Shown piece after piece: positions 44,730 to 56,900 of a stretch of DNA of 64,000 bases. The notes beneath the pieces were generated by a model that worked only from the letters and a program-made list of their open reading frames with translations, did not search any database and was not told the origin of the DNA. The stretch lies in NCBI GenBank assembly GCA_036172245.1, contig JAYWIR010000011.1, positions 248,001 to 312,000 of the forward strand, written 5' to 3'. How positions within the stretch are numbered: the first letter of the stretch is position 1; every line of letters begins with the position of its first letter. The DNA comes from Raillietiella orientalis. Lineage: Eukaryota. Made by a program: the position numbers and the translations under genes.

Positions 44730-47700
44730 GGTCAGGCACTCAGGGGAGGGAAGCAAAGATCTGAAGCACGGTGCACGGGCCGAGAGAGAGACAAAGTGTT
44801 GGCCGAGGGTTTTCCTCCGGCGGGACGCGGGCACTCGGCGGCACCGACCCGCAAGGCTCCCCGCAACGGGCCCGACTGACTCCGCCGTCGCGATCGGAGC
44901 CGCGGGCACCCGGGCCCGGGGCGGAGCAGACACCGCCGGCTGACCTGCGGATGCAGAGGAGGACCGCCTCCGGAGGAACCGCATCCCTTCCACATCCAAT
45001 CCTCCTGCTTTCGTAAACAGCCGCTTTTCTTCCCTCCCTCGGTTTGTCCCCAGTCGCCGGACCTATCGCCGGCCCGCGAGCCGCTGACTCGGCAAGTTCC
45101 GAGCTTCTTCCGGACGTTGTAGGGGGCCGATGACCTCGCACAGGAAATAAAACGCCCCGGCCCGCACGTGTGCGAGCCACGGGCCGACCCCTCGACCCAG
45201 CCGCTTCAATCCCGGGAGGAGAGGGGATGCTCCACGCCTTCGGGGGATTGTTAACGCGACCGGTTGACCCCGTGACCGATTTGGAGGCACGAGGAAGGGA
45301 GGGGGAGGGGGGGGGGTAGGAGTCTCCTCAAAGGGGGAAAGTTTCAGGGGGGATCAACTCTCACGTGTTTCCGTAATTTCGTCTCGAATTGCCATTTTCC
45401 TCTGCTGCAGACGGGCCTATCAGTTTCCAGAGGTAACGCCCTCCCATTTGTAGGGTGCTCCTACGCTTACAAATTCGTAATCTATTTCTAACGCCTTCGT
45501 GTTGGCAAAATACGAAGGGTAAAGGGAGTTCCCCCCCCCCCCTCCCTCATCGTAGCACCGTCTCATGGAAAGCTTCTCTCCTATTTACATGTCTTTGGAT
45601 GTCATGGCTCGGCGGTGGACCGCCTGCTCGGCCCCTGCGTTTGTGGGGTTTCGTGGCACGGGAATGGGGGAGTTTTCCTTCTTTCTTTCCTTTTCCAGAG
45701 GGGGGGGGCCGGAGGGGCGGGATGTGACTTCCCCCTTCTCCCCCACGCACACGCGCACACACGAAAACCCCATCGTATACCCAACTCGTCAACAACTGTT
45801 TACTCATCCGAGATGGGACGCCATCTGGAAGATGATGGCAGCAGCGTATGGACCTTCCAGAATCGGACAGCACGACTCGGGCCGTTCTTTTTCTTTTTCG
45901 TGGCTTCGACGTCCGTTTCGTTTTCTTCGTGTTTTTCCTGTATTTTTTTATGCCTTCACCCGCGTGGCGCAGATGCAGTCCGAGGCTGCTGCTGCTGCAG
46001 TCGCCACGCACGGACTCCATTTTCGCGCCCAGGGAGCCATGGTAACCGTCCGCTCGAAACGATCCGTGGATTCCGACCGGACGTCCGATGGGCGGACGGA
46101 ACGAACGTCCGACTCCCGTCGACACGGACTCTCACGAAATGTGGAAAATGGGGGAAACCCTTTCATCTGCCGCTCAGCTGCGCCTAAGTGTTTTCAGTGT
46201 GCGCGCTGTCGAGTTTATGCCGCTTTCCGTCGAAAGCCCCTCCTTCCGGTGTGGGGTCGGGAGGACCACCGGACGTGCAGCACCACCACCCACAGCTGCG
46301 AGATCTTCAGGTAAGGCACGAGCGGGGAACGCCCGCCGGCGCGTTGCTTCCGGCCAGCATCCTCGTTCGAAAAACGCTCCCATGGGGGGCCTGCAAGATT
46401 TCAAGCACCACCTCCGCGCCCGGTCTGTCAACCGGAAAGGAAAAAAAGAAAAAGGCACAGCGTCGCTGCTGCGCAGAATTTTCCAGAAACCTCAGCGAGC
46501 CTTTATTTATGCCAACGAAACGTCAGTTTGGAGGGTGCGCTCGAAATACCTTCGTGTGCTTTGGAACACTTTCGGTCCGAAACACTTTTCCGGCGGATTC
46601 GCGTTTTGCGTTTCTTCGGGACGGTTCGGTGAAGGTCGTTTTTTCCGACTTATAAAAACGAATACTTTGGAAAACTGACGCGAATTCGCCACGGGAATCG
46701 AAACGAAAAATTCCCTCGCCTTTTTTTATTTTTCACTCTTTTCGAAAAAGGATTTTTTTTTTTTTTTTTCGAAACTGAGCGAATTTTAGGCTCAAACTTT
46801 TACCATAAGCGGGAATGGTTTCCCGCAACCGGGAATCCGGCTTCCTTTCCCAGCGGGAGGGGAAGAGATCCCATGAAGGTGTTGGAAATGCTACTCCAAG
46901 CCTACAGGTTTTCTCCCGTTTGGTCAGTTCATATGGGGGAATTGGTTTCGCCACGGAGGACCGGGAGGAACCGTGGAAGAAACCGTGGGAAACGCCCCAC
47001 TTCAGTGTTGATGGCTGCCCCTTTGACGTGCTGTTTTTAGGGTGCGGTTCGAGGGAGTCCAAAGCCGAGAGCATCTCACACTGTGTGCAGAGTTTTCCTC
47101 CGGTCCGAAAGGAGGAGGCTGGGACCCGCAGACGGGGAGGACCGCAGAGAGGGTTCCCAGCCCGCATCTGCGGCCCTTGGGGCCGAGGAAGGCTTTCGCA
47201 AGGACCCGGGAAGGGAATTCCCAGGGAAAACCAGGTTGGGATGACCTTACGATCTCAGACTTCGCACAGGGATGCGTCTGTGCTCCGGTGCTCCGCTTCG
47301 GCGCGCAGACACAGACGCCTCCTCGTGTTGCATTGCTTCTCAGAACTGCTCCTGGTCGTTATGATGCCCTTCAAGGAACCTTTGGCAGTGTAGCGGAAGG
47401 CATCCTGGTAACGGGGATCTTTCCTCGCATCAGATCAATATCCCCGATGTGGGCGAACCCACGACAAGGACTTGGGGGTCGGGGCGTCAGAAACAAGAGT
47501 TATCGGAAGCCATGGAGACTGCAGCCAGCCTTCTGCCTTGGGTCATGTCTTTAGATCTCATGGCTTTGTTGTTCACCGCAAGACCAACAGCGCTTGGTGG
47601 TCCACAGCGTGCTTGACCACCTACACTTGTGGGTTTAGTGGCACCAGAATTGGGGAGATGAAACCATGACGGGGACGAAATTTGAGATAGCCATACTCGA

Positions 47701-50700
47701 AATTTCTCCATTTGATTGAGAAGCAGGACACGGGTTAAAAAAAAAAAACAAAAAAACAAAAGGCATCATCTGGACCTCCGGAGAATGAGAGGAACGGGTA
47801 GCAAGGAAGGGTAGGAAGGAATGGCCAGCCTCCACGGGGGGCTAGCGCGGGCCTGAGCGGTATGGGAAGAGAGCGACTGTGGCTCCGCGAGCGGCTTGCG
47901 AAATCGAGACAGCGCTGTTTCGTTTCGAGGCCGCTGGAGGGAAGCAGCTTCCTCGCCTCCACGACGCTCGCCTAAGATGCCGGCCGAGCCCGAGCGCTAC
48001 TTCGGGCGCAGCACCGGGCGCCTCTTTGCCGAGGCAGAGGAGTGGAAAAGGGGGCGCGGGAAAGTGAAAACACGCACCCCAGGCACCCCCCCTTTTTTTT
48101 TCTTCCTTCCTTACTTGGTATTCCCGTTCGTTTCCCTGCAGCGAAAGTTTCCCTGTGGAAACATTCGCTGCCAATCCCACGCGCGCCCCTCCCGGCCCCG
48201 TGTGATGAAGTCGCCTTCCCCGTAGCATGGAATAAAGAGGGAAGCAGGCGTTCCTCCCTGTGAACTTTTTTCCCAGGAATCCCGCGCCCCGTGACCGTCT
48301 TCTCGCAAGCTCGCCACCGGGAAACCAAGCGCTTTTTTTTTCGAGGATGAAACTGGCGACCCGAATCGCCCGTCCAGCGCAGAGCTGCAGATCGAAACCG
48401 CGCCCGGACGTACGCTTAAGGATGCTGCGATCCCCCACCCATCCCCCGGGAGTCCGCAGGGACGCGACGGTGGTCGTGACATTGCATCGCCCCTCGGGGT
48501 GGACAGACTCTTCCTGCCTGTCCTGCGGTGCCGGGATGAGTCGACTCTTTCGATGCCCCGACCGGGGCGCGAGTTCCCCAGCATCCTCTCGTTGCCAGGA
48601 TGCACGCCCCGGGAGCACGCCGGAACGTCTCCTTAGGCAGTCACAGCGGGAAAGACGACAGCGAGGAGAGGAGGGCGGGCAGCTGGTGCCGGATGAGTCG
48701 CTGGGAGAAGGGGTCGGGGCGGGCCTGCTAATCAGCCGCGACCCGCCCCTCTGAGCATGGCGGGGGCGGTCGGCGCTGCTTTCCTCCTCCTGCCGCCAGG
48801 GGCGTGACGGACCGCCAGAGGGTGACGTCGGAGTCTGATGCGCTTCCCCGGGTCACTCGGCCTTCTCCCTTCCTCGGGCCGGCCCCCGCACGCACGCGGG
48901 AGAGGGCCGAACGTTCCCTCGCCGAGAGCCCCTTCCGAGTCCGAAGGAAGGCGCGGCGGTCCAGGAGCCGAGCCCGGGGATTGAGACCGCGCGCCAGACA
49001 GCTCGGTGCAGCTGACCAAGCGGACCGGAGCGGTGGCGGAAGCGAGGAAGCGCCGCCCCCAGTCCACCACCCGAGCCAGTGCCCGTGTACGAGGAAGTCG
49101 CGCCGTTGCTGCTGGAGCCACGGCGCCAGCCATGCTCGTGCCCACAGGCGACCCCCCTCCCCTCCTACCAGAGGGGCCGGGATGGCTCCTCCGCCCGTCC
49201 GCCCTCGGCTCTCCCCCCCGTGCTGAGGGTTCCCCGGAAGGATTGTCTACTCGCGGCGCCATCTGCTCTTCCGGTCCGGAGGAAGCGGTCCGGAGGGCCG
49301 GCAGTGCGAGCGCAAAGGCACGGCTTCTGGCATTTCGGCGTAATCGTCGATCCGCTCCAGGGGAAGAGGGATCAGGGTGCAGCTCTTCTGGGTGATCACC
49401 CCCTACCGTCTCGTGGGGGAAGGGGGAGGGGAGAAACCCGGCAACTCCTCCTCCCTGCCGCGGGCGGCCGGCCCTTACCTGGATCCCGAGCCAGTGCAAG
49501 GGAAGAGCCGAGCCCCAGAGGGACGGGACGTTGCCGTCGCCGCCCGCTCCGTGCTGCACCTGCCAGACCACACGTGAGGGGGGCGCCAAGGGCGGATCAT
49601 TCCGAAGGAGCGCAGAGGGAAAAAGGCAGGGCAAGGGGGGTGAATCAGGACGCTCCTCCACCGAGCGGGAGACGCGGAGCCCGAAGGACCCCGAGCGGCT
49701 ACGAGCGTTCCCGTTCCCGCGCCAAGTGGCGCAAGGGCGCGGGCGAGCGTCAGTCGTCCGCCGTGCAGCCTGGGAAGGCCCCGCGCACGCGTCGCCGCCG
49801 CCGGCCGCCGCGCTCGCGAGTCGGCAGCTCTCCACGAGCGCTGATTGGCTCGGAGAACCGACCAATGAGGAGTGGCGGTCGAGCAGGGTTGCGCGCTCGG
49901 CGGGGCGGCTCGCCTCGGCCTCTCTCCCGCCTCAGGGCTAGAGGTTCAGGGCGGGAAGCGGAAGGGCTAGGATGGGGGAGTGAAGAGGGGAAGGATCCCC
50001 CCACGAGAGGAAAGGGAAGAAAGAGACCCTTGTCCCAGAGTGGAGCAAGGATAGAGGGAGAGGCTACCGGGATGGGCATCACAAGGGGGAGAAAAAGGGG
50101 GGGGGGAAGGATGAGGAATTGTTTCCCCTCCCCTCCTCCTACTCTTGGGTTTCCCCGTCCAGATCGTGAGCTCGTCGAAGCAGTTGCCTAGGAGACGCCT
50201 TGCGGCTTCGGTCTGTGCGCGAGACTCCCCTCCCGACGTTCCCGGAAAGATAGGGGGGGGGGGAGACGGTTGAATGACCCCCAGCGCGCGAAGAGGTCAC
50301 GACCTGAGGAGGAGACCTTCCGAGTGGCTCCGCGGGGGGGAATTCGACGCCGGAAAGACCCGAGCTCTAGCGCAAAGGTAGGCGCCTCGGGGGGAGGAGA
50401 TAAGGGAGGTGGGAAAAAGGTGGTTTTGGGAGAGAGGGGACCGTCCCTTGCCCCCTCCTTTCCAACAGCAGCAGAAGCTGAGGGTCGACTGCCTCCAGGC
50501 AGAGCCAGGGACCGAAGACCCGCTCCACCCTTCCACGCGCGGGGGGTTAGCGCACGACCCGAAGGACAGCCACAGGCGGTCGAAGGCCGCGCTCCAGGTC
50601 GGAGTGGGGAAGGGGGAGGGGGACAGGGCTCCCCAAACCCCCCTTGACGGAGTTTCCCGCCGACCTCTTGGGGACTCCGCCATCCCGGGATCCCGGGGCT

Positions 50701-51322
50701 TGTGCCGGCGAGGTGCGAGGCCTCCCTCCCTGAGCTCCCCTGCTTCCAGAAAGGGGCAAGCCTACAGTGACCCTCTCCCTAAGAGCCATCCCCGCACCGG
50801 GGGGCATCCAGCTCCCCCGCGCGCACGCTACCGCAGGGCCACGGGGAGAGGGGTGTCTGCCAGAGGATCGCCCTCGTGGATCTCGCCCGAGGCCAGGGAC
50901 CCCTTTTTATCGCTTTCCCTCGGCCGTTCCGGCAACAGAGCGAGCTCGCGCCCGTTGCCACGGCGACGAGCGGTCCGGACAGACGCTTGTCGAGAGAAAT
51001 TCTTCTCGCGTGCGTGTGGAGCGAGAGTGCGAGACCTCGGTGACCGAAGGTGACCTCTATCCGTAACCCCCCGCCGGACGAACGCAAGCCCCGCGGAAGG
51101 TGAGTGTGCTGGTACCTGAAGAGGGGAGGGGGGTGCGACAAAGGGCGGGGCCAGGACGCGGGACTTTGTCTGCTTTGCTTGCCGGCCCTCCAAGGAAAAG
51201 AGGGAGGCGCCGTCCGACCCGCACGCACCTTGTCCCCCTCTGCCTCTCTGTCTCGCGCTGCTGCCTAGGGCGACCAGCACGCCAGGACGTGTCCCTTCCG
51301 CAGCAGCAGCAGCAGCAGAAGC

Positions 51323-52609
51323 ATGGCGATCTTGCAGCCCGGGGGCAACAGCAGCTGCGACCCGCGCGACGACGACCCCTCCTCCTTCACACGCCATGAG
51401 TTCTTCGGGAGCAGTTCGCTGAGCTTCGCGGCGTCCCTCGCCGACGGCCTGGACTACGCTGCGCCATCCGACTCAACGGCGGCGTCCTCCGCCAGCAGGC
51501 GCTGCCTCGGCGCCGCCACCCCTTCTGAGGACGACGACGACGACGACGGCCGCCGGCGCCGCCGCCTGGGCGAGCGGTGGCCGACGGCGAAGGCGGCCGC
51601 CACCATCTCGCGCGACCCTGGCAGGCCGCGGTCCCGCCCCCGCGGGGTCGTGGAGCAGGGCCGCCGCGGCCAGGCGCTCGTGAGCGGGCCGGGGCCCGGA
51701 CCTTCCGCCTCCCTGCCGCAGACAGAGACGGTGGAGGGCATGCTGGACGGCCTGTCGTCGCTGCTGCTGCGCTACACGGATGAGCGGATGCACCGCGTGG
51801 AGGGCGCGCTGGCGTCGCTGAGCGACCGGCAGCTCGGGGCGGCGTCGGCGGCAGCGGCCAAAGTGGACTGCCTGGAGGGCAAGGTGAAGGGCCTGGTGTC
51901 GGCCGTGGAACGCGGCCTGGGCGACCTCCGGCAGGCCGTGGACTCGATCCGCGCGGCCTTCCCCTCCAGGGAAGAGCTGCGGGCCGTCCGCGCGGAAGTG
52001 GAGCTGCTGGCCGGCAAGGTGGAGCGGCTGTCCCGCGTGGACGTCGTCGTCCCCGACGGCGGCGAAGACCCGCCCGAGGGCGGCGGGGGCGAGGTGCCCT
52101 CCCCGCGCAGGGCGGCGGCGCCCCCCTCCGAGCTGCTGCGCATGCGCGTGCTCTTCCTGGAAATGCTCTTCTTCCTGCAGTACCGGCACTGCATGAAGGA
52201 GCCCTTCGGCACGTACGTGGAGCTGGTCAGGGAGGTCATGAGTCACAAGGACTCGCTGGACCACTTCTTCCGCAAGCGCTTCCTCAGCCGCAGCGACGCC
52301 GAGGAGCTCCTCGGACGCATGGAGACCTCCCTGCGCTACCTCGAGCAGAAGGTGGACGAAGTGGCGGCGGAGCAGAGGGGCGCCCCGGGGCAGACCACCA
52401 CCCCCGCCACGGCCGCCGCGCGCTCGCGCAGACTCGACGCCCTGGAGCGCCGCTTCGCCTCTCTCAGGAAGGATCTGGGCGTGGCGCTCGAGAGACTGGA
52501 AGTCAAGGTCAACGAGCACGTCGCCGGCAGGGCGAAGAACGGCAGGAAACCGCTGCCGCCGCTGCGCTCCCCCGCAGGACGGGAAAGGTCGCGCCCCCGG
52601 CCGCTTTGA
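51323..52609 (+). CDS. Hypothetical coiled-coil protein, 428 aa, single coding exon
   Basis: Near-exclusive G/C third positions and heptad-like segments (LEGKVKGLVSAVERGLGDLRQAVDSIR; LDALERRFASLRKDLGVALERLEVKVNE). A 5'-UTR intron is suggested by ggaag|gtgagt near 51100 and ttccgcag at 51303. AATAAA lies at 52627. No family recognised. Confidence 0.75.
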   Translation: MAILQPGGNSSCDPRDDDPSSFTRHEFFGSSSLSFAASLADGLDYAAPSDSTAASSASRRCLGAATPSEDDDDDDGRRRRRLGERWPTAKAAATISRDPGRPRSRPRGVVEQGRRGQALVSGPGPGPSASLPQTETVEGMLDGLSSLLLRYTDERMHRVEGALASLSDRQLGAASAAAAKVDCLEGKVKGLVSAVERGLGDLRQAVDSIRAAFPSREELRAVRAEVELLAGKVERLSRVDVVVPDGGEDPPEGGGGEVPSPRRAAAPPSELLRMRVLFLEMLFFLQYRHCMKEPFGTYVELVREVMSHKDSLDHFFRKRFLSRSDAEELLGRMETSLRYLEQKVDEVAAEQRGAPGQTTTPATAAARSRRLDALERRFASLRKDLGVALERLEVKVNEHVAGRAKNGRKPLPPLRSPAGRERSRPRPL

Positions 52610-52626
52610 CCCCACCCAGCCCTCTC

Positions 52627-52632
52627 AATAAA
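52627..52632 (+). terminator. Polyadenylation signal of the coiled-coil gene
   Basis: An isolated AATAAA 18 nt after the TGA in otherwise very GC-rich sequence. Confidence 0.65.
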
Positions 52633-53924
52633 GCTGCCACCGCCGCTGTACCAACTCGCCTTCCCTCCGTCACGGGAGCGGGAAGGAAAGGGGGGAAAAG
52701 GGGGAGGGGGGAAGCGCTCGCAGGCAGCTGCTGCTCCCGCTAGGGCGCGCTACTGCACGGGACACGCCCGGCTTGAGAGGAGCGGATGGCGGGAGCGACG
52801 CGACGGCGCCCGGAATCCCTCCCTTGTGGGTTCAGGAACAGAAGAAGGAGAAAGGGGAGGAGGAAAGGGGAAGGAGTGACGGGACCGAGCTCCGCTCCCG
52901 TACAGCCGGTTCGGGGGCTTCCAGGAGCCCAATGGCGCTACCACACCTGCAGCCGTCTCGCCCGTGGCCCTCCGCAAACTTCACGCACGACGTCATGCGA
53001 AGGTCGACCCCCGCGGCCAGGTCCAGCCCTCGCGCTCCCTCATCCTCCGAGTTCCCCAAAAGGAGTCTCTGCCTGCTGGCCGTGGTCACTCCCCGTTCCG
53101 GCAGGAGGACCGCGAGGAGGCGGCAGTGCAGTGCAGAGTCGCGGCGGGGGGCTGCCCGGAAGCCACGGCTGCCCGGCCCGCTTCCTCGCCTCTCCAGAGC
53201 GAGGGGGCGCGCCATGCAAACTCACACGAACGGCAGCCCCCGGCCCACCTCCGTGCGCCCTCGTGGGGAAGGATGGGGAGTGGGCGGCTCCGCTCGGGAG
53301 AGAGCAGATGGCGCGCCGGGAAGCGGCAAAAAGTGGAACCCCAGAAGGAACCATTGGCGGAGCGGCATCGCCCCCTTCGCGGCGGCGGCCGAATGCCGGG
53401 GGCGTGCACACCACGTGGATGGGGTGTTCTCCCCGATGAGGACAGCGTTTCCCGACTGGGGCCGACGCCCCGGCTGGTGGGGGCTGTGTCTGCTCTCGCA
53501 GCGCACACTCTCGAGAGTAAACGATGGGCGGTGCTTCTCCCGAGACGTTGACACCGGAAGTCGGTGTGGGCGGAATTCTCCTGCGGGAGGGCGCATTGGG
53601 CGACGGGTGTTTCCCCACGCGTCGTCGTCCGCGCGCACACCGCGGAGGGGCGGGGGTGGCGGCGGCAGTGCACTTCGACGGTCCTCAGCTCCCTGGAGAC
53701 GGCGCACCTGCTCCTCCTCCCAGCACCATCTCCGGAGCCAGGGAGGGGACAGGGGCGCACGCACGTCAAGGGAGCGCGTGTTGGCTCCGTAATGGCTTCC
53801 TCCCTGCTTTCCCCCTCCTGCGCCCTCTCCCGCGCCTCCGGACGCCCTTCCTCGGCAACGTAGCCTGCCGGCCGGTGGGTGTGGCGACCGCCTTCCTCTA
53901 TTTCTCGCGCGCGGGCAACTAGCA

Positions 53925-56900
53925 TCAAGGATCCAGGAAGACCACGTGGTGGCGCCCAGTCTCCGTGTTCAGGACGCTGCACTTGATCCTCGCTCCCTGC
54001 GGCGCCATTCGGACCTGCACCGCCACGGGGCAGCGGCATCGCCATGGAGACCAGTCGGAAAAGTCGAGGCGGAGGGTCGCACAGCACACGACCCCGGGGT
54101 CGGTCACGTACTGTGCCAAGGCGGAGGTGGAGGAACCGACTGACCTTTGTCCTAGACTCACCTGGACATCATCCCGGTCGGTCCGGTAGAGGTCGATCCT
54201 GGCCGACGTCCCGTTAGTTCCCAGCAGGAAGTCCTGGGAGATGACGCGCTTCAGGGGAAGATCGGTGTCCGAGAAGAACCGCTCGAACACGTCGGCGCAC
54301 CACATTTGTGTGCCCCGCACCACCAGGTGACCTGGAGGGGGCGGCGGTGACCCGAAAGGAGCAGTCGACCGCGCTCGCCCCGTGGCACCCGGGTCCCTTC
54401 CCCCATCCCCACCCTGGCAGAGCCCTTACGGAGGTCGTGCCGTCTGGGATCGAACCTCCTGAAGATGCCAACGCCGTAGGACGTCGCCGTCGCCCGCTGG
54501 AGGGCAGGCCTCGCTGCGGGATCGGTGGCGACCGCTAGCGCGCCGTGCAGAGCGATGGCTCCGGGATCCTAGAAGCAAAAGGCGGACCGCGGCGTCCCCC
54601 AAGAGAGAGAGAGAGAGGGGGGGGGGGTGCAAACCGACCCTGCCGAAGCGAATCGCAAAGCCCCGGAGGTTGCGCCGGACCTCCTCGCGGACGAGAGGGC
54701 AGACCGAGAAACCTCCTGTGAAGAGCACCGTGGCGTCCCGGCCGGGCGGCGGCTGGCACAAAGGGTCCATCTGGGAGGCCAGGAGCTCCTCCGTTCTCTA
54801 CAAAGGCCGGAATTGAGGGGGGGGAAGGGGTCACTGAGCGCGACCCCATGTCCGGGGACTCACCGCGACCACCCGGCCGGCCAATCCCCGGAACAGCGCG
54901 CTCACCGCCTGCGCGCGCAGCTCCAGGACGCCTTCGCGACCATCGTACAGGAAACTGCCGTCGCCTGCGACCTCGTGGACCTGCGAATGGAAAGAAAGGG
55001 GGTGGAGGGTCAGGTCGGGACCCCTCCCAGCCCAGCCCTCACCTTGCGCCGGTGGTTCCGCTCCACGCAGTAGATGAGGGAGAGTGGCAGCCGCAGCCGC
55101 AGGTCATCATACGGGGACCTCATCCCGTGGAACTCGAATCGTCGGACGAGATCCAGGAAGAGCGGGAGGTGCTGCTCCTTGAACTGCCGGAGGGCAGGGT
55201 CGCCGAAGGCGCGCCGCATCCACTCCTCGAAGGCGCCGGCCACTGCTGCGGGGAGAACGAGAAGAGGGGGAGAGATTCATCCCTTTCGGTCCTCCTCGCC
55301 GCTCACCTCGTCCCCCCAGGGTGCTGTCGGAGATTCGCCGCACGGTTTTCAGGGCGCGCTCGCTCGTCTCGTAGACGCGCCCATCCAAAGACGCGCCTCC
55401 GCAGTGGACCACCGCAAGCAGCCGAGCTGTGCGAGGAAGGCGAGGTGGTGAGGGCAGGGATAAAGGGAGAAGGCGGGGGGGGGGAAGAGTGGAAGAAGGT
55501 TGGGGTGAAGGTTCCCCCTCCCCTTTCCTCGTCCCTCGCTCACTCACGGAGTCTCCCGCGCTTCCGGAAGGATCCCGGATTCTCCCGAAGGAGGGCGTTG
55601 CGGACCCTCAGAAAGGAGGCGGACGCCTCGCTCTCCAGCAGCGAGATGGCGCGCGAGTCCTCGCGTCGGGGGCACCCCAGTCCTGCCTGAGAGAAACGCG
55701 GCGCATCACGAGACCATCGCCCGGGATGACGGATAACTCGCTCCCTCCCCCTGCCGTCTCCCGCAGGAGCGCCGGGCGGCTCCGTCCCTCCATCTCCTCC
55801 TTCTCACCTCCGCCATAGCCTCTTCCAGCATCTCCCAGACTGGCGACGCCCAGGCGTCCGAGATGACGACGACCCACTTGACCTCCCGAGTCACGTCCGC
55901 CGTCCGGAACTCCCTCCACATGGCGTTCGCGCGGTCGTTCCTCAGGTAGGCCAGCAGCGACCTCAGCAGCTGCTTGGCGGGAAGGCGGTTGCCGTTGGTG
56001 GAGACGACCCAAGACGGGTCCTCCCTCTGGAAAGCGTCGGTCGGGAGAGCCGCCCTCCCCAGTGGAGGAAAGCTCCACGGACGACCACCCACCTCGTCGG
56101 CGAAGCAGGCGAGACTGTCGAAGAAGAACCAGCGGTCGGCTTCGGGCAAGTTCAAGGAGGCGAAGGCGTCCCTGGCGGCGTCCCCGAAGGAGTGGAGAGC
56201 CCTGTCCGGGTCGAGGAGGACGCTCGAAGGTGAACCTACAGGTAGGCCGGCGTAGTCAAGTGCGGCCCCCGAGCCAAGAGTGGGAGGAGGGGAGGGCGAC
56301 GGGCGCGCGCTCCACCACACGAAGGACGGGGCAAGCCACACTGGCGCGGAAGGGCGAAACTACGCCGTGTTCTGGGAGAGGCTGCGGGGAGAGCAGACGC
56401 TCGCCAGGGCGCCAACGGGTTCCCGACCTCGAGAGGCTCACGAAAGACGGGAGAGATAAGAACTTCCCGTCGTCCCTCTGCCGCTCTGGAGGGCGTGGTC
56501 GCGTATCCCGGCCTTGCTGAGAGGAGCAGAACCGGAAGCTCCGGTTCTTCTCCCCAGCCCTATCTCCCCCGAGGACGCCAGGGATGTTCGCCGCACACAC
56601 AGGCGTTTACTCGAGACGCTCCTTCAGCCGCGCCCTGGTCCAGTCGCCCTCCTCCGCCGGTCGCCGACGGCGCCTCTCTTCGTCTCCTTCCTTACCGACG
56701 TTCCCTTTCCACCTCCCCTTTTAGTGGTCGAGGACTACAGGATTCGTACGCCGGCGCCGCAGGGCACGCTCCTTCGGAGTCGACGGCAGGAGGAGGTCTT
56801 CACCTTCAATCGCCGGAATCCGGTCGCCCATCCAACCACACGACCGCAGGAACTCGCGCGTTTGCGAGCCCACGGGTGCGGCGTTGGGGATGACGACTAT

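Noticed and set aside
47800..51050. 370-377 aa ORFs on both strands
   Set aside because: Low-complexity GC-driven frames with no domain, splice or polyA support.
51473..52615. 380-aa antisense ORF
   Set aside because: Mirror frame of the high-GC3 coiled-coil gene.
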